From Methylocella sp. (lineage in GTDB: Bacteria > Pseudomonadota > Alphaproteobacteria > Rhizobiales > Beijerinckiaceae): a stretch of DNA of 51,214 nt. Position 1 is the first letter of the stretch. Each line of letters starts with the position of its first letter. The DNA lies in assembly GCA_035509135.1 (NCBI GenBank), contig DATJLX010000012.1, forward strand, positions 1 to 51,214, in the 5' to 3' direction. The notes under the pieces were generated by a model that saw only the letters and a list, made by a program, of their open reading frames with translations, made no database searches and was not told the DNA's origin. Made by a program: the position numbers and the translations under genes. Of the stretch, positions 31,451-41,063 are shown one piece after another.

Positions 31451-32613
31451 CGGGCAGGATTTTTGCCAAGCGCGGAAATCACACGCCACGGCACGAGGCG
31501 CAAAGCAAGCCATGCCTTGACCGGCCAGCCGCCAAGAAGCGGCGCGATGGAGCCGTAGTGTTTTACGAGGGCGGCTGTCACGCGCGACCGGCGGGCCCAC
31601 TGCGGCGCGTCAGGATCGGGGTTTCTGCAGTCGACCCGCCAAAGCAGCCAGAGAAACTCGATCCATAGCCAGCCACGTTCCACGAAACGATTCGCCCGTG
31701 CAATCAAATGATCAACCAAGACCGCTCTTGCCTGGGCGTTGCTATCGCCGGTACCACCTGGTTCATAGCAAAGAACATGGTTTAGCTGGGGTCTTTGCGA
31801 ATAGATATTACCGCCGTGCAGACGATAGATCGCAACCGGGGCATCGATCAGCACACTGCCGCTGACGGCGTTGATGCCAAGGCAGAAATAGAGATCCGTT
31901 CCGGTCTTCATATTTTGCAGGGCCGTATTGTCAGCAAACAGGCAAAGCGCATCGCGGCGAAAACAGTTGCCAGACGTCGGCGACCAGACCCATTGATTGG
32001 TCAGGCCCACAAACCGGATTATTTCAAGGACGCCCCGGTCGAAATCATCAGGCGGCCACGGTTCGCCAAAGACGTGTCGATAGGGCCGCGCCGCGCGCGG
32101 CTTTATGCCGCGACCAGTCTGCATCCGCCGGTTGAAAGCGTGTTCGGTTCCAAGGACCACCTGATCGCCCGACAACTGAAGCATGTCTCCAGAAGTGAAC
32201 CCCACATGGATGCGCAGCGACAGATGGACGTAGATATGGGTTGTGATGCCATGAGGAAGAAGAAGATCGTCGGCATCGAGAAAGATGACATAAGGCCCGG
32301 CCGAAGCGGCAAACCCCTCGAGCGCCGCCCTGTTCTGGCCACCATTATCGGCCCGGCGGATGATCCTCACGCCGGCGTAACGCGCCTCTATGGCTTGCAA
32401 CACCGCGCCGCTCTCATCGGTCGAGGCATCATCGACGATGATGCATTCGATATTCGGATAACTCTGACCGAAGATGGAATCGACCGCCGCGAGCAAAAAC
32501 CGTCCGTAATTATAGTTGATGACGATGACACTGACCAACGGCAGGCGAAAGGGGTCCGGCCTCGCTCCGGCATCCTCGCCGGAAAGACTCATATTTAAGC
32601 GCAATTCATCCAT
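31447..32613 (-). CDS. Glycosyltransferase family 2
   Basis: VSVIVINYNYGRFL, IVDDASTD, FLDADD, YRLHGGN. Confidence 0.9.
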   Translation of the reverse strand: MDELRLNMSLSGEDAGARPDPFRLPLVSVIVINYNYGRFLLAAVDSIFGQSYPNIECIIVDDASTDESGAVLQAIEARYAGVRIIRRADNGGQNRAALEGFAASAGPYVIFLDADDLLLPHGITTHIYVHLSLRIHVGFTSGDMLQLSGDQVVLGTEHAFNRRMQTGRGIKPRAARPYRHVFGEPWPPDDFDRGVLEIIRFVGLTNQWVWSPTSGNCFRRDALCLFADNTALQNMKTGTDLYFCLGINAVSGSVLIDAPVAIYRLHGGNIYSQRPQLNHVLCYEPGGTGDSNAQARAVLVDHLIARANRFVERGWLWIEFLWLLWRVDCRNPDPDAPQWARRSRVTAALVKHYGSIAPLLGGWPVKAWLALRLVPWRVISALGKNPAR

Positions 32614-32869
32614 GGCTCAAATCCAACGCTTTCGACACTAATGCTCTTCCTCATCAGTCTGAAGCGGCCTCCCATGGCACAGGCAAAAGTGCCTCGCACC
32701 GAGCCCCTCAGGGCGTTAAAGCACGGCCGCCGCTGCTTTCCAAAGAAAGCCGCCAGCCCGCCACCAGCTTGATCCATCACAGTCCCTCCAAGAGTCTGGA
32801 AAACTGTGATTCGGATAACCAGGGCTCCACGCCAGCAATGCAAAAGTCGAGTTTTGGAAAATTGTCAAA

Positions 32870-34585
32870 ATGACCGATTGGAGTGCCGGCTACGTCACCG
32901 AGGTTCCCTATAGCTACAACTACTCCCATCAGACGCCGCAAAATCTGGCGTTCGCCGCCCTAGCGAAGGGGGTCGCCGCGCCGGGTCTTGATGCTGAGCC
33001 GTTGCGCATTCTCGAACTTGGCTGTGGACAGGGGTATTCGGCGAATCTCATCGCCGCCGCCAATCCGCATCTCGACTATACCGCGATCGATTTCAATCCC
33101 GCACATATAGCCGGCGCTCGAGCCTTGGCGGGCGCCGCCGGCACGTGCAATGTCCATTTTACCGAGGCATCATTCGAAGAATTCGCCGGCGATCGCGGCA
33201 CGGGTGAATTCGACGTCATCACCTTGCACGGAATTTACAGCTGGATATCGGTTGAAAACCGCGCGCATATCATTCGGATCGCACGTGAAAAACTTCGGCC
33301 GGGCGGGATTTTGTACCTTTCGTATAATTGCTATCCCGGCTGGGCGCCCTCGATTCCTGTCCACCGGCTCTTCGCTGATGTCGCGGCGGGCGCGCCCCAG
33401 GAGCCAGTCGATTTCCGGATTGATCAATCCTTTAAGGTCTTCAAGCTTCTCAGCGACATCGGGGCTCGTTATCTCGAAGCAAATCCGGCAGTCGTCGAAC
33501 GTTTTAAGCAAATGGAAAACCTGCCGCGCAATTATCTGGCGCATGAATTTCTCAATACAAATTGGACAATTTTCCATTCAGCTGACGTCAGCCGCGAATT
33601 CTCGCAAGCCAAGCTCCAGTTTGTCGCCCCGGTTCATATCGCGGATCAGCTCGATCCCTTGAATCTAACTGACCGGCAGCAGCACATCCTCAATCAAGTC
33701 CGCGATCCCACTCGCAAGGAATCGCTGAGGGATCTTCTTGTCAACCAGGATTTTAGACGCGATCTTTATATGAAGGGCGCTTTTCAGCAGGCGGAAAGCA
33801 GCCAGGAGCGCTGGCGCGATCTGCGCTTTGCACTGCTGGCGCGCGCGGTAGATATTCCCCTTAAGATCAAGGGAATGCTGTCTGAAGCCACGCTCTCTCC
33901 AGAAAGCTACGGGCCGCTTCTCGAACGTCTCGATGCCGGACCGGCCACATTCAGAGAGCTCATCGCGGAGCCAAAAATCGCCCCTTTGGGTGTTGTCAAT
34001 TTGCGCCAGCACCTGCTGGTTCTGAACGCCCAGAGAACCTGCCAGATCGCCTTGCCCTTGGATGGCGAAGACGAGCGCAAAAAATCAACGGCCGCGTTCA
34101 ACCGGGCCGTTCTGTCCCATGCGCGGCAAGGGTCAACTTTTGGGTTCTTGGCCTCACCTGTGACCGGAGGAGGGGTCGCGGTTGACCGGACCGGTCAGCT
34201 TGCCTTGCTGGCGATGCAGGAGGGCATAAAAGACCGTGCCAGTTTTATTTGGAGCTTTCTGAAGGAAGACCAAACACCCATTCACCAGACCGGAGGAGAG
34301 CGGGGCGCGAGCAGCCGCGCCGCAATAGACCAGTCACTTGCAAACTTTGACACGAAATTGCTCACCGTTTTGAAGCGTCTGAAAATTTGCCAGAGCCCGC
34401 ACAATGAGGTCATGCAGGAGAACACATGGAAGGGACAGGAGCTCTTCCCCTTGGAACCTTCGCGGTATGCGATAGACTGGCTTTCAAATTCTCTTGTCGA
34501 TCAAATCCATGGTCATGCTCCTTATTATCGGCTCAGTTTAAGCAAACTCTATAGATTTTATCACATAAATGTCAATTATGGCTAG
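32870..34585 (+). CDS. Class I SAM-dependent methyltransferase with methyltransferase-regulatory domain
   Basis: WSAGYV, ILELGCGQG, DFNPAH, LHGIYSW, SYNCYPGW, YLAHEF, FRRDLY. Confidence 0.88.
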   Translation: MTDWSAGYVTEVPYSYNYSHQTPQNLAFAALAKGVAAPGLDAEPLRILELGCGQGYSANLIAAANPHLDYTAIDFNPAHIAGARALAGAAGTCNVHFTEASFEEFAGDRGTGEFDVITLHGIYSWISVENRAHIIRIAREKLRPGGILYLSYNCYPGWAPSIPVHRLFADVAAGAPQEPVDFRIDQSFKVFKLLSDIGARYLEANPAVVERFKQMENLPRNYLAHEFLNTNWTIFHSADVSREFSQAKLQFVAPVHIADQLDPLNLTDRQQHILNQVRDPTRKESLRDLLVNQDFRRDLYMKGAFQQAESSQERWRDLRFALLARAVDIPLKIKGMLSEATLSPESYGPLLERLDAGPATFRELIAEPKIAPLGVVNLRQHLLVLNAQRTCQIALPLDGEDERKKSTAAFNRAVLSHARQGSTFGFLASPVTGGGVAVDRTGQLALLAMQEGIKDRASFIWSFLKEDQTPIHQTGGERGASSRAAIDQSLANFDTKLLTVLKRLKICQSPHNEVMQENTWKGQELFPLEPSRYAIDWLSNSLVDQIHGHAPYYRLSLSKLYRFYHINVNYG

Positions 34586-34647
34586 ACTTGGCAATCCCAG
34601 AAGGGTGTCATGCGAGAGTGGCTATGGTTAATCGAGGAAAAGACCGG

Positions 34648-35268
34648 TCACGGCGTGGCGGGTTTTTTGCCGGCGGCCTTGCGGGTCTTGGGCGGAATTG
34701 GTCGCGGTTTTTTTCCAGGCCAGTCCACGATATGGTCGGGGTAATCAGCGAGCCGGACCGCTTTTTCCGACACACGAACCCGCCCTTGCACGGAAACGCC
34801 GGCTTCATGCACGCTCATGGGCGATCCCGAAACAAGTGGATGCCACCAGGCAAGATCGCGGCCCTCGGCAACCAGCCGATAGGCACAGCTCGGCGGCAGC
34901 CAGCTGAGTGTCCGGACCTTGGCGGGTGTTAATTTGATGCAATCTCGTACTCTGCGGCCACGGTGTGGGTAATCGGCACAGCGGCAGGTGCCGGCGTTGA
35001 AGAGCTGGCAGGTGATGTCGGTAAAATGAATTTCGCCGCTATCCTCGTCTTCAAGCTTGACCAGACAGCAGCGGCCGCAGCCATCACAAAGACTTTCCCA
35101 TTCGGCGGGGCTTAAGTCTTCGAGCGCCTTTTGCTTCCAGAAAGGCGCTCGCGCCGCAAGCTTTGCGCGTCTCAAGGGTTTTGCACCCTTTGTCTCGCGT
35201 GATATGTCATGCTTTGCTATCGCGTGGGATGCGGGGCTTTGCGGCGCGCGCGGCGGCATCGAAATCAT
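34648..35268 (-). CDS. YcgN/UPF0260 cysteine-cluster protein; start uncertain
   Basis: [23 protein letters not shown]....[18 protein letters not shown]. Confidence 0.9.
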   Translation of the reverse strand: MISMPPRAPQSPASHAIAKHDISRETKGAKPLRRAKLAARAPFWKQKALEDLSPAEWESLCDGCGRCCLVKLEDEDSGEIHFTDITCQLFNAGTCRCADYPHRGRRVRDCIKLTPAKVRTLSWLPPSCAYRLVAEGRDLAWWHPLVSGSPMSVHEAGVSVQGRVRVSEKAVRLADYPDHIVDWPGKKPRPIPPKTRKAAGKKPATP

Positions 35269-35388
35269 CCTACGATCCGGCGGGGATAATCCAGGCTTGC
35301 CACTTCGCTTTGGCAAACGTCAAGGGGATTGCTAAACTGCGGGCGGCTTTATTTATGGTTCGCCCCGGCTTTCGAGGGAGCAGCATCA

Positions 35389-37632
35389 GTGTTCGATGGG
35401 CCGAGAACGTCGCGTCTTCGCCACAAAATCGGGCGGGCATTGCTCGCCTTCGATGCGTTTGTCGATTCCTCGCTCCATACGAGTATGGAGCGGACGCGCG
35501 AAAATTTCGCTTCCTTTGCCGCCTTCATGGACGGTTTCCATCTCACTGGTTGGCGGCGTGTCCTAAACGAACTGGTCTGCGAGGCGCTGAACATCGGCCT
35601 CGGCATCGGCATCGTAGCCCTCACGCTCGGCGGTCTGGCCTTCCAGGAAACATCCGATGATTGGTTGAAAAAAACCGATCTCGCGGTGACCTTTCTCGAC
35701 CGCTATGGCCAGGAGGTCGGACGCCGCGGCATTCGGCACGACGACAAAGTGTCGTTCGATGAGCTGCCCCCAAATTTGATCCACGCGGTCGTCGCGACCG
35801 AAGATCGGCGTTTTTTCGAGCATTTTGGAATCGACGTGATCGGCACGCTGCGCGCCTTGACCGTCAACGCGCGGGCCGATTCGGTCGTGCAGGGCGGCTC
35901 CTCCATCACCCAGCAATTGGCCAAAAATCTCTTTCTTTCGAATAAGCGAACGCTGGTGCGCAAGATCAAGGAGGCTTATCTCGCCATCTGGCTCGAATAC
36001 CGCCTGCCAAAACGCGAGATTTTGCGGCTTTATCTCGACCGTGCCTACCTCGGAGGCGGCACCTTCGGGGTGCAGGCCGCGGCGGAGTTCTATTTCGGCA
36101 AATCCGTGCGCGACCTCTCGCTCGCCGAAGCTGCAATGATTGCGGGTCTCTTCAAGGCACCGACGAAATATGCGCCGCACATCAATCTGCCAGCCGCGCG
36201 CGCAAGGGCTGCCGATGTCTTGAACAATATGGTCGAGGCCGGCTACCTCACCGAGGGACAGATTTACGCGGCGCTGCGCAATCCTGCGACCCCGGTCGAT
36301 CGCAGCCAGGACCTCACTCCGGATTGGTATCTTGATTATGCCTATGACGAGGTGAAAAAACTTTCCGAGGAGAAAAAACTCGGCGATGATCGGGTGCTGA
36401 CCGTGCGCACAGCGCTCGACAGCAATCTGCAAAAACATGCCGACACCGTGATCGAGACGGAATTGCGTGAGCACGCCCCAGAGTATCACGCCAAACAAAG
36501 CGCGATGGTCATCCTCGATCCACTTGGCGCCATGCGCGCCATGATCGGCGGCCGTGATTATGGCGCAAGCCAGTTCAACCGTGCCACGGATGCCTTACGG
36601 CAGCCAGGGTCTTCGTTCAAGCCTTTCGTCTATTTGACGGCGCTGATGACCGGAAAGTTCAAGCCTTCGACAATCGTCGTCGACGCGCCGATCTGCATCG
36701 GCAATTGGTGTCCCCATAATTATAAGAATACCTATGCGGGCCACCTGCCTCTCGTCGAAGCCTTGGCGCATTCGCTGAACACGGTCGCGGTCCGCTTGTC
36801 GGTTGCCATAGGCGAGGCCGATTCGGTCCCGGGGCACAACAATACGTTCGAAGCTGCCAAGCGCGGCCGCGCCAAAATCATCGAAACCGCGCGCTTGATG
36901 GGAGTGACCACGCCGCTGCCCGATACAGTCTCCTTGCCGATTGGCGCCGACGAAGTCACGGTCATCGATATGGCCTCAGCCTATTGCACCTTCGCGAATG
37001 GCGGCCTGCGCGCGCCTCCTTATACGGCGGTGGAGATTGCCAATAGCCGCGGCGAGGTGATCTACCGGCACGACCGCGATGCCCCGCCGCTGCGTCGGAT
37101 TATCGATCAGAGCACGATCGAAACAATGGTTTCGATGATGATGCAGGTTGTCCTGGCCGGCACTGGACGGCGTGCCCAGCTCGACAATATCGAAGTCGCC
37201 GGGAAGACCGGGACGACAAACGGATATAAGGACGCCTGGTTCGACGGTTACACCGGCAATTATGTCGGCGTGGTGTGGTTTGGCAATGACGATGACACGC
37301 CAATGGAGAAAATGACCGGCGGAACCCTTCCCGCCGCCACGTGGCATGAGGTCATGGAATACGCTCATCAGGGAATTGAATTGAAGCCGCTGCCAGGAAG
37401 GCCGGCTCCGGCAGCTGCCCCGGCGCCGGCTCCCGTCGCCGGGACCACCGAAGCGCCGCGGCGGCCGGCCAGCTTGTCGGCGAACGCGGCCGCTGTGCTC
37501 ACTACGATCGAAGCAGCGATGACAGAGATGCAAAAACAGCGCGGCGAGCCGGGCGTAGCGGCGAATACCAGCGGCGAACCCGGACAGGCTCTCCCGGCAG
37601 TCAGCAAGCCTCCGGCCGGAGGCGGTGGATGA
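35389..37632 (+). CDS. Class A penicillin-binding protein (PBP1A family)
   Basis: Transglycosylase EDRRF..H.G and GGSSITQQLAKN; transpeptidase SSFK, SLN, KTG; GAGGGAG RBS before GTG. Confidence 0.93.
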   Translation: MFDGPRTSRLRHKIGRALLAFDAFVDSSLHTSMERTRENFASFAAFMDGFHLTGWRRVLNELVCEALNIGLGIGIVALTLGGLAFQETSDDWLKKTDLAVTFLDRYGQEVGRRGIRHDDKVSFDELPPNLIHAVVATEDRRFFEHFGIDVIGTLRALTVNARADSVVQGGSSITQQLAKNLFLSNKRTLVRKIKEAYLAIWLEYRLPKREILRLYLDRAYLGGGTFGVQAAAEFYFGKSVRDLSLAEAAMIAGLFKAPTKYAPHINLPAARARAADVLNNMVEAGYLTEGQIYAALRNPATPVDRSQDLTPDWYLDYAYDEVKKLSEEKKLGDDRVLTVRTALDSNLQKHADTVIETELREHAPEYHAKQSAMVILDPLGAMRAMIGGRDYGASQFNRATDALRQPGSSFKPFVYLTALMTGKFKPSTIVVDAPICIGNWCPHNYKNTYAGHLPLVEALAHSLNTVAVRLSVAIGEADSVPGHNNTFEAAKRGRAKIIETARLMGVTTPLPDTVSLPIGADEVTVIDMASAYCTFANGGLRAPPYTAVEIANSRGEVIYRHDRDAPPLRRIIDQSTIETMVSMMMQVVLAGTGRRAQLDNIEVAGKTGTTNGYKDAWFDGYTGNYVGVVWFGNDDDTPMEKMTGGTLPAATWHEVMEYAHQGIELKPLPGRPAPAAAPAPAPVAGTTEAPRRPASLSANAAAVLTTIEAAMTEMQKQRGEPGVAANTSGEPGQALPAVSKPPAGGGG

Positions 37633-38255
37633 GCCTCGGCACGGCCATTGTCACGAGAAGTCCTTTCTTTGCGCACGCCTCGATTTTGGGCAAGTTCCTA
37701 TCGGCTTGCAGCCTTGGTGTTCTCCTCGGCCTGTTCGTTACCATCGTTGAGATCCAGCGCGGGAGTGGCTTTGCGGCCATTGAGGCGGGTCCTTGGACCG
37801 GATGGCCGCGCAGCGAGGTCTCGGAAATTGATCCCTACACCCGCGCCATTCTTGTTTATTCCGGCAAAATATCCTTGAGTGAATCGGAAGCGATGAGCTT
37901 CGTCGCGCATGGCGACAGCGACGGTGGCGAATTCGACCCGGCCTGCGATTATGTCATGAAGGGCGCCATGCCGCCTGCCCGCTATTGGACCGTGACGCTG
38001 CTCTCGCCAACCGGCGAATTCATCGCCAACGCGGCGGACCGGCAGGGCTTTACTTCAAGTGAAGTGCTTCGCGCGAGCGACGGCCAATTCGAAATCACAC
38101 TGTCCCGCCATGCCCGGCCAGGCAACTGGCTGCCTCTTGGCCAGGCGTCCAAATTCATTCTCGTTTTGCGCTTCTACGATAGCGAACTCGGCTCCCCCGC
38201 GGCGGCTCTCGATGCCGCGCATATGCCGATGCTCGTCAGGGGCCATTGTCAATGA
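37629..38255 (+). CDS. DUF1214 domain protein
   Basis: TM anchor, GPW..W, DPY.RA, PPARYWTVT, PGNWLP, LRFYD; ATGA overlap with the PBP gene. Confidence 0.8.
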   Translation: MSLGTAIVTRSPFFAHASILGKFLSACSLGVLLGLFVTIVEIQRGSGFAAIEAGPWTGWPRSEVSEIDPYTRAILVYSGKISLSESEAMSFVAHGDSDGGEFDPACDYVMKGAMPPARYWTVTLLSPTGEFIANAADRQGFTSSEVLRASDGQFEITLSRHARPGNWLPLGQASKFILVLRFYDSELGSPAAALDAAHMPMLVRGHCQ

Positions 38256-38833
38256 ACCGGCTGGATCATTTTTTTGCGACGCTTCTCTGGCTTCTCGGTA
38301 TCCTGGTGGTTGCGGGGATTACCCATATCGTCGCCATATTCGCTTTGCCGGAAATCACCGCGAGAGACACCTATGCGCGGATTTGGGGATTTGCAAAGCC
38401 GGGGCAAGTGGCCGTCTTGCCGCCGGCTCGACCGGATAAGCAAGCCATGCCCTTCGCGGACCCGGCTTTGGTGCAATCCGTTTGCCCCTACGACCTCGCG
38501 GAAGGCGGTTTGCGCTTGCACGCGGATGTAGAAGCCGATAAGCCCCTCAGCCTGTCATTCCGCACGTCCGCCGGGCAGGTTTTTTATTCGATGAGCGATC
38601 TTGCCGCGCAACAAGGCAAGATGGATGTCGTCGTGCTGACCCCATCGCAGCTGGAAATCGTCGAGGCCGACGACGACGATGACGATCCGTCACAAGACTT
38701 GCGGCTCATCGCACCGGAAACCAAGGGATTTGTGATTATCAGCGCATTTGCGGCGCATCCTAGCGAAAAAGCGGATGCGGAAGAGCGCGCCAAGTCGGTT
38801 ACCTGTGCGGTTGAGCCCGTCGCGCAGGATTAA
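38252..38833 (+). CDS. DUF1254-like membrane-anchored protein
   Basis: TM segment with HIV...LP, DP.....CPYDL..G; ATGA overlap with the preceding gene. Confidence 0.7.
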   Translation: MNRLDHFFATLLWLLGILVVAGITHIVAIFALPEITARDTYARIWGFAKPGQVAVLPPARPDKQAMPFADPALVQSVCPYDLAEGGLRLHADVEADKPLSLSFRTSAGQVFYSMSDLAAQQGKMDVVVLTPSQLEIVEADDDDDDPSQDLRLIAPETKGFVIISAFAAHPSEKADAEERAKSVTCAVEPVAQD

Positions 38834-38936
38834 AATCATGCCGGCTTCGGGGCGCGCCATGCGCGCACGCTTTTTCTCAACAGGAGAAGCCGCATCCGGT
38901 GCGATCGCCAAGGGAAGCGCTGGGAGGGATTGAAGT

Positions 38937-39140
38937 TTATTCGCCTGAACCATCGGGCTTGCCAGTGTTTTTCTTGGGCCGCTTTCCCGAAACACGGCGG
39001 CGGCGTTTTGTCTGGCTCTCGATGCCCGCCTGGCGTTCTCGCCAAACACCCGTGAAAATGACGATCGTGGCATAATCGCCCGGCGCCGTCCTTGACCGCG
39101 TGTTGCCTGTCGCTGGTTTGAAAGCAATGAGCTCACCCAA
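38937..39140 (-). CDS. Small hypothetical protein
   Basis: MGELIAF...ATIVIFTGVWRER with a basic tail; GGAGA upstream. Confidence 0.55.
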   Translation of the reverse strand: MGELIAFKPATGNTRSRTAPGDYATIVIFTGVWRERQAGIESQTKRRRRVSGKRPKKNTGKPDGSGE

Positions 39141-39185
39141 TGGCTTTTTCTCCGGATAAACTACGTTCGCAATCTCGCAAAGAAC

Positions 39186-39437
39186 ATGATCCTACTCGTG
39201 GAACGAACTGGTCGCGCGGTTCTTGACAAAGCTTCACGAGACGATGACTACGCATTAGTTTCACCGGCATCCTTTCCCGGAGCTGATCATGACCTCCGTG
39301 GAGCGGGTTTGACCGGCACGAATCGCGCCGGCCGACATCAAGACTTCGAGGACATGTGGACAAGCGCGAGCCCAGACAAAACCTGGACAGCTCAAATGGC
39401 CAAAAATGCGGCGCTGTTCCGCAATTGGAGCAAGTGA
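39186..39437 (+). CDS. Hypothetical protein (weak)
   Basis: 83-aa ORF filling the gap; no recognisable motif. Confidence 0.25.
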   Translation: MILLVERTGRAVLDKASRDDDYALVSPASFPGADHDLRGAGLTGTNRAGRHQDFEDMWTSASPDKTWTAQMAKNAALFRNWSK

Positions 39438-39440
39438 GAC

Positions 39441-39476
39441 GATGATGTGACGCAATTGCGTCGCATCCGGCTCTAG
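39441..39476. repeat. Short hairpin repeat starting at the TAG of the 39473 gene
   Basis: Minus strand CTAGAGCCGG-ATGCGACGC-AATT-GCGTCACAT. Confidence 0.5.
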
Positions 39477-39835
39477 AGAAACTGCCCGAGGCCGGGGATC
39501 GCCGATACGATCTGGCCAACGCGCTCATCGCCGGCTTTCTCGCGCACATAGGCGAAAACTTGCCGTCCGATCGTCTGCATCTCGCCCATGCCGAGGCCAA
39601 GACCCGAAAGCCGGCTGGCGAGGCCCATGAGACCGCCTCCGAGCCCACCGCCGCCATTGTCATCACCCGCCGCATCCGCTGCTTGCGCGGCGCCGGGAAG
39701 CGCCGCGAACAGCCCATCGACCTCGTCCTTGGGTCCCTCTTGGCGGAGAAACGCCAAAATCATTCCCACCGATTTCTCAGCGATCCCGGGATCGATACCA
39801 GCGTCAGCGGCAATACGGGCGATCAAATCTTCCAT
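39473..39835 (-). CDS. Conserved hypothetical protein (DUF2267/DUF2780-like helical protein)
   Basis: MEDLIARI..AGID..AEK.VG.IL.FL, Gly-rich linker, IPGLGQF; GAGG RBS. Confidence 0.75.
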   Translation of the reverse strand: MEDLIARIAADAGIDPGIAEKSVGMILAFLRQEGPKDEVDGLFAALPGAAQAADAAGDDNGGGGLGGGLMGLASRLSGLGLGMGEMQTIGRQVFAYVREKAGDERVGQIVSAIPGLGQFL

Positions 39836-39940
39836 CTGAAACCTCAAGGGTCCTCTCGAATCGCCCGCACTTGACCACTGAACTTCGGCCAAAATCAAGC
39901 GGCGCCGGCCAACCCAAGATTTGCTGGCGTGGCTCCATGG

Positions 39941-40339
39941 CTAGCGTGGATGCCGAGGCCATTGCAGCCGCGCGAGATCAATGAAGGTGCACAGGATCAG
40001 GCTCCCAAACACCCAGACGGATAGGCGATGAAACAGCGGCCCGCTCAGGCCCCAGATGCGCACGTCCGCGAAAGCGTCTTTGGCATGTAAAAATCGGGTT
40101 ATAACCATGGGAAGGGAAATTCCCCACAAATGCACAGTCAGCGGATAGAAGGTGGCGGATCGCCAGAATTGAGGCCAGTTCCAGGCCCGCCAATTCATGT
40201 AGAGAGCGGATAACACAAAATATCCTCCCGCCAGAGCGGCGGCCAACAGCCTTGTCGAAACTAGGCTGAACACGGCCCCCGCCCAAACCACCGCGAAGAG
40301 CTCTAGGCCCAGAAAAATGTATAAATCACGACGATTCAC
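39941..40339 (-). CDS. Hypothetical 4-TM membrane protein
   Basis: Hydrophobic ORF with GGGAGG RBS before GTG at 40339. Confidence 0.65.
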   Translation of the reverse strand: MNRRDLYIFLGLELFAVVWAGAVFSLVSTRLLAAALAGGYFVLSALYMNWRAWNWPQFWRSATFYPLTVHLWGISLPMVITRFLHAKDAFADVRIWGLSGPLFHRLSVWVFGSLILCTFIDLARLQWPRHPR

Positions 40340-41063
40340 CAGATCCTCCCCGGCCGTTGGCGCCACGTGGCATCGTAGAAACAATTATTGATTTGGTTTG
40401 ATCGGTTGAAGCAGAGAAAATATCAATGTCACCTGGACGCCGTCTTTACGAGCTTTGACAAAGAGGCGATCGATCTGGTCGAGGCAACCGGGGGCGAGCG
40501 AAACTGCTCGCCAGGGGATGATCGGCGCTTCGCGCCGTAACAGCATGACGCCAGAGCGTTATCCGATCAATTGGAACGGAATCGAAAAGGAAACGCGCAA
40601 AATCAGTTGCGGGAGGGCGCAGCCATCTGAACTTGCGCCATCAAAAGACCGTGCCGTTGGAGCGGCAGATCTGCGTGACGCCGGTCCGCCCGCCACCGGT
40701 GTTTGCGTCTGGTGGAAGAAGCGCCGGGCGCGGAAATTTTCCGCCGCGGTCTGGCGATGGGTGCGCCGCCGCAAACCGCCGAATAGACCAATTCTTGCCG
40801 CGATCGCACAGGCCTCGGCAGGCGCCCCGCCTGGGATGGCGACCAGAATTTTTTGCACCGACCGTACCAAAATGTTTCATTTTGGCACGATCGGGAAATT
40901 AAATCTTACAAGGCCGCATACGTACGATGCTCTTTAGACGTGTAGGATCGCGCGAAAACCTGCTCCTTTTGCCTTCCCTGCGGCCACGACCGGGCTAGAA
41001 AAAGCTCTAGCGTTCGGCTAACGCTTAAACTCATCAGTTTTAAAATCGTTTTTTGAGCATTGA

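Noticed and set aside
35563-36498. 311-aa minus-strand ORF
   Set aside because: Antisense shadow of the PBP gene.
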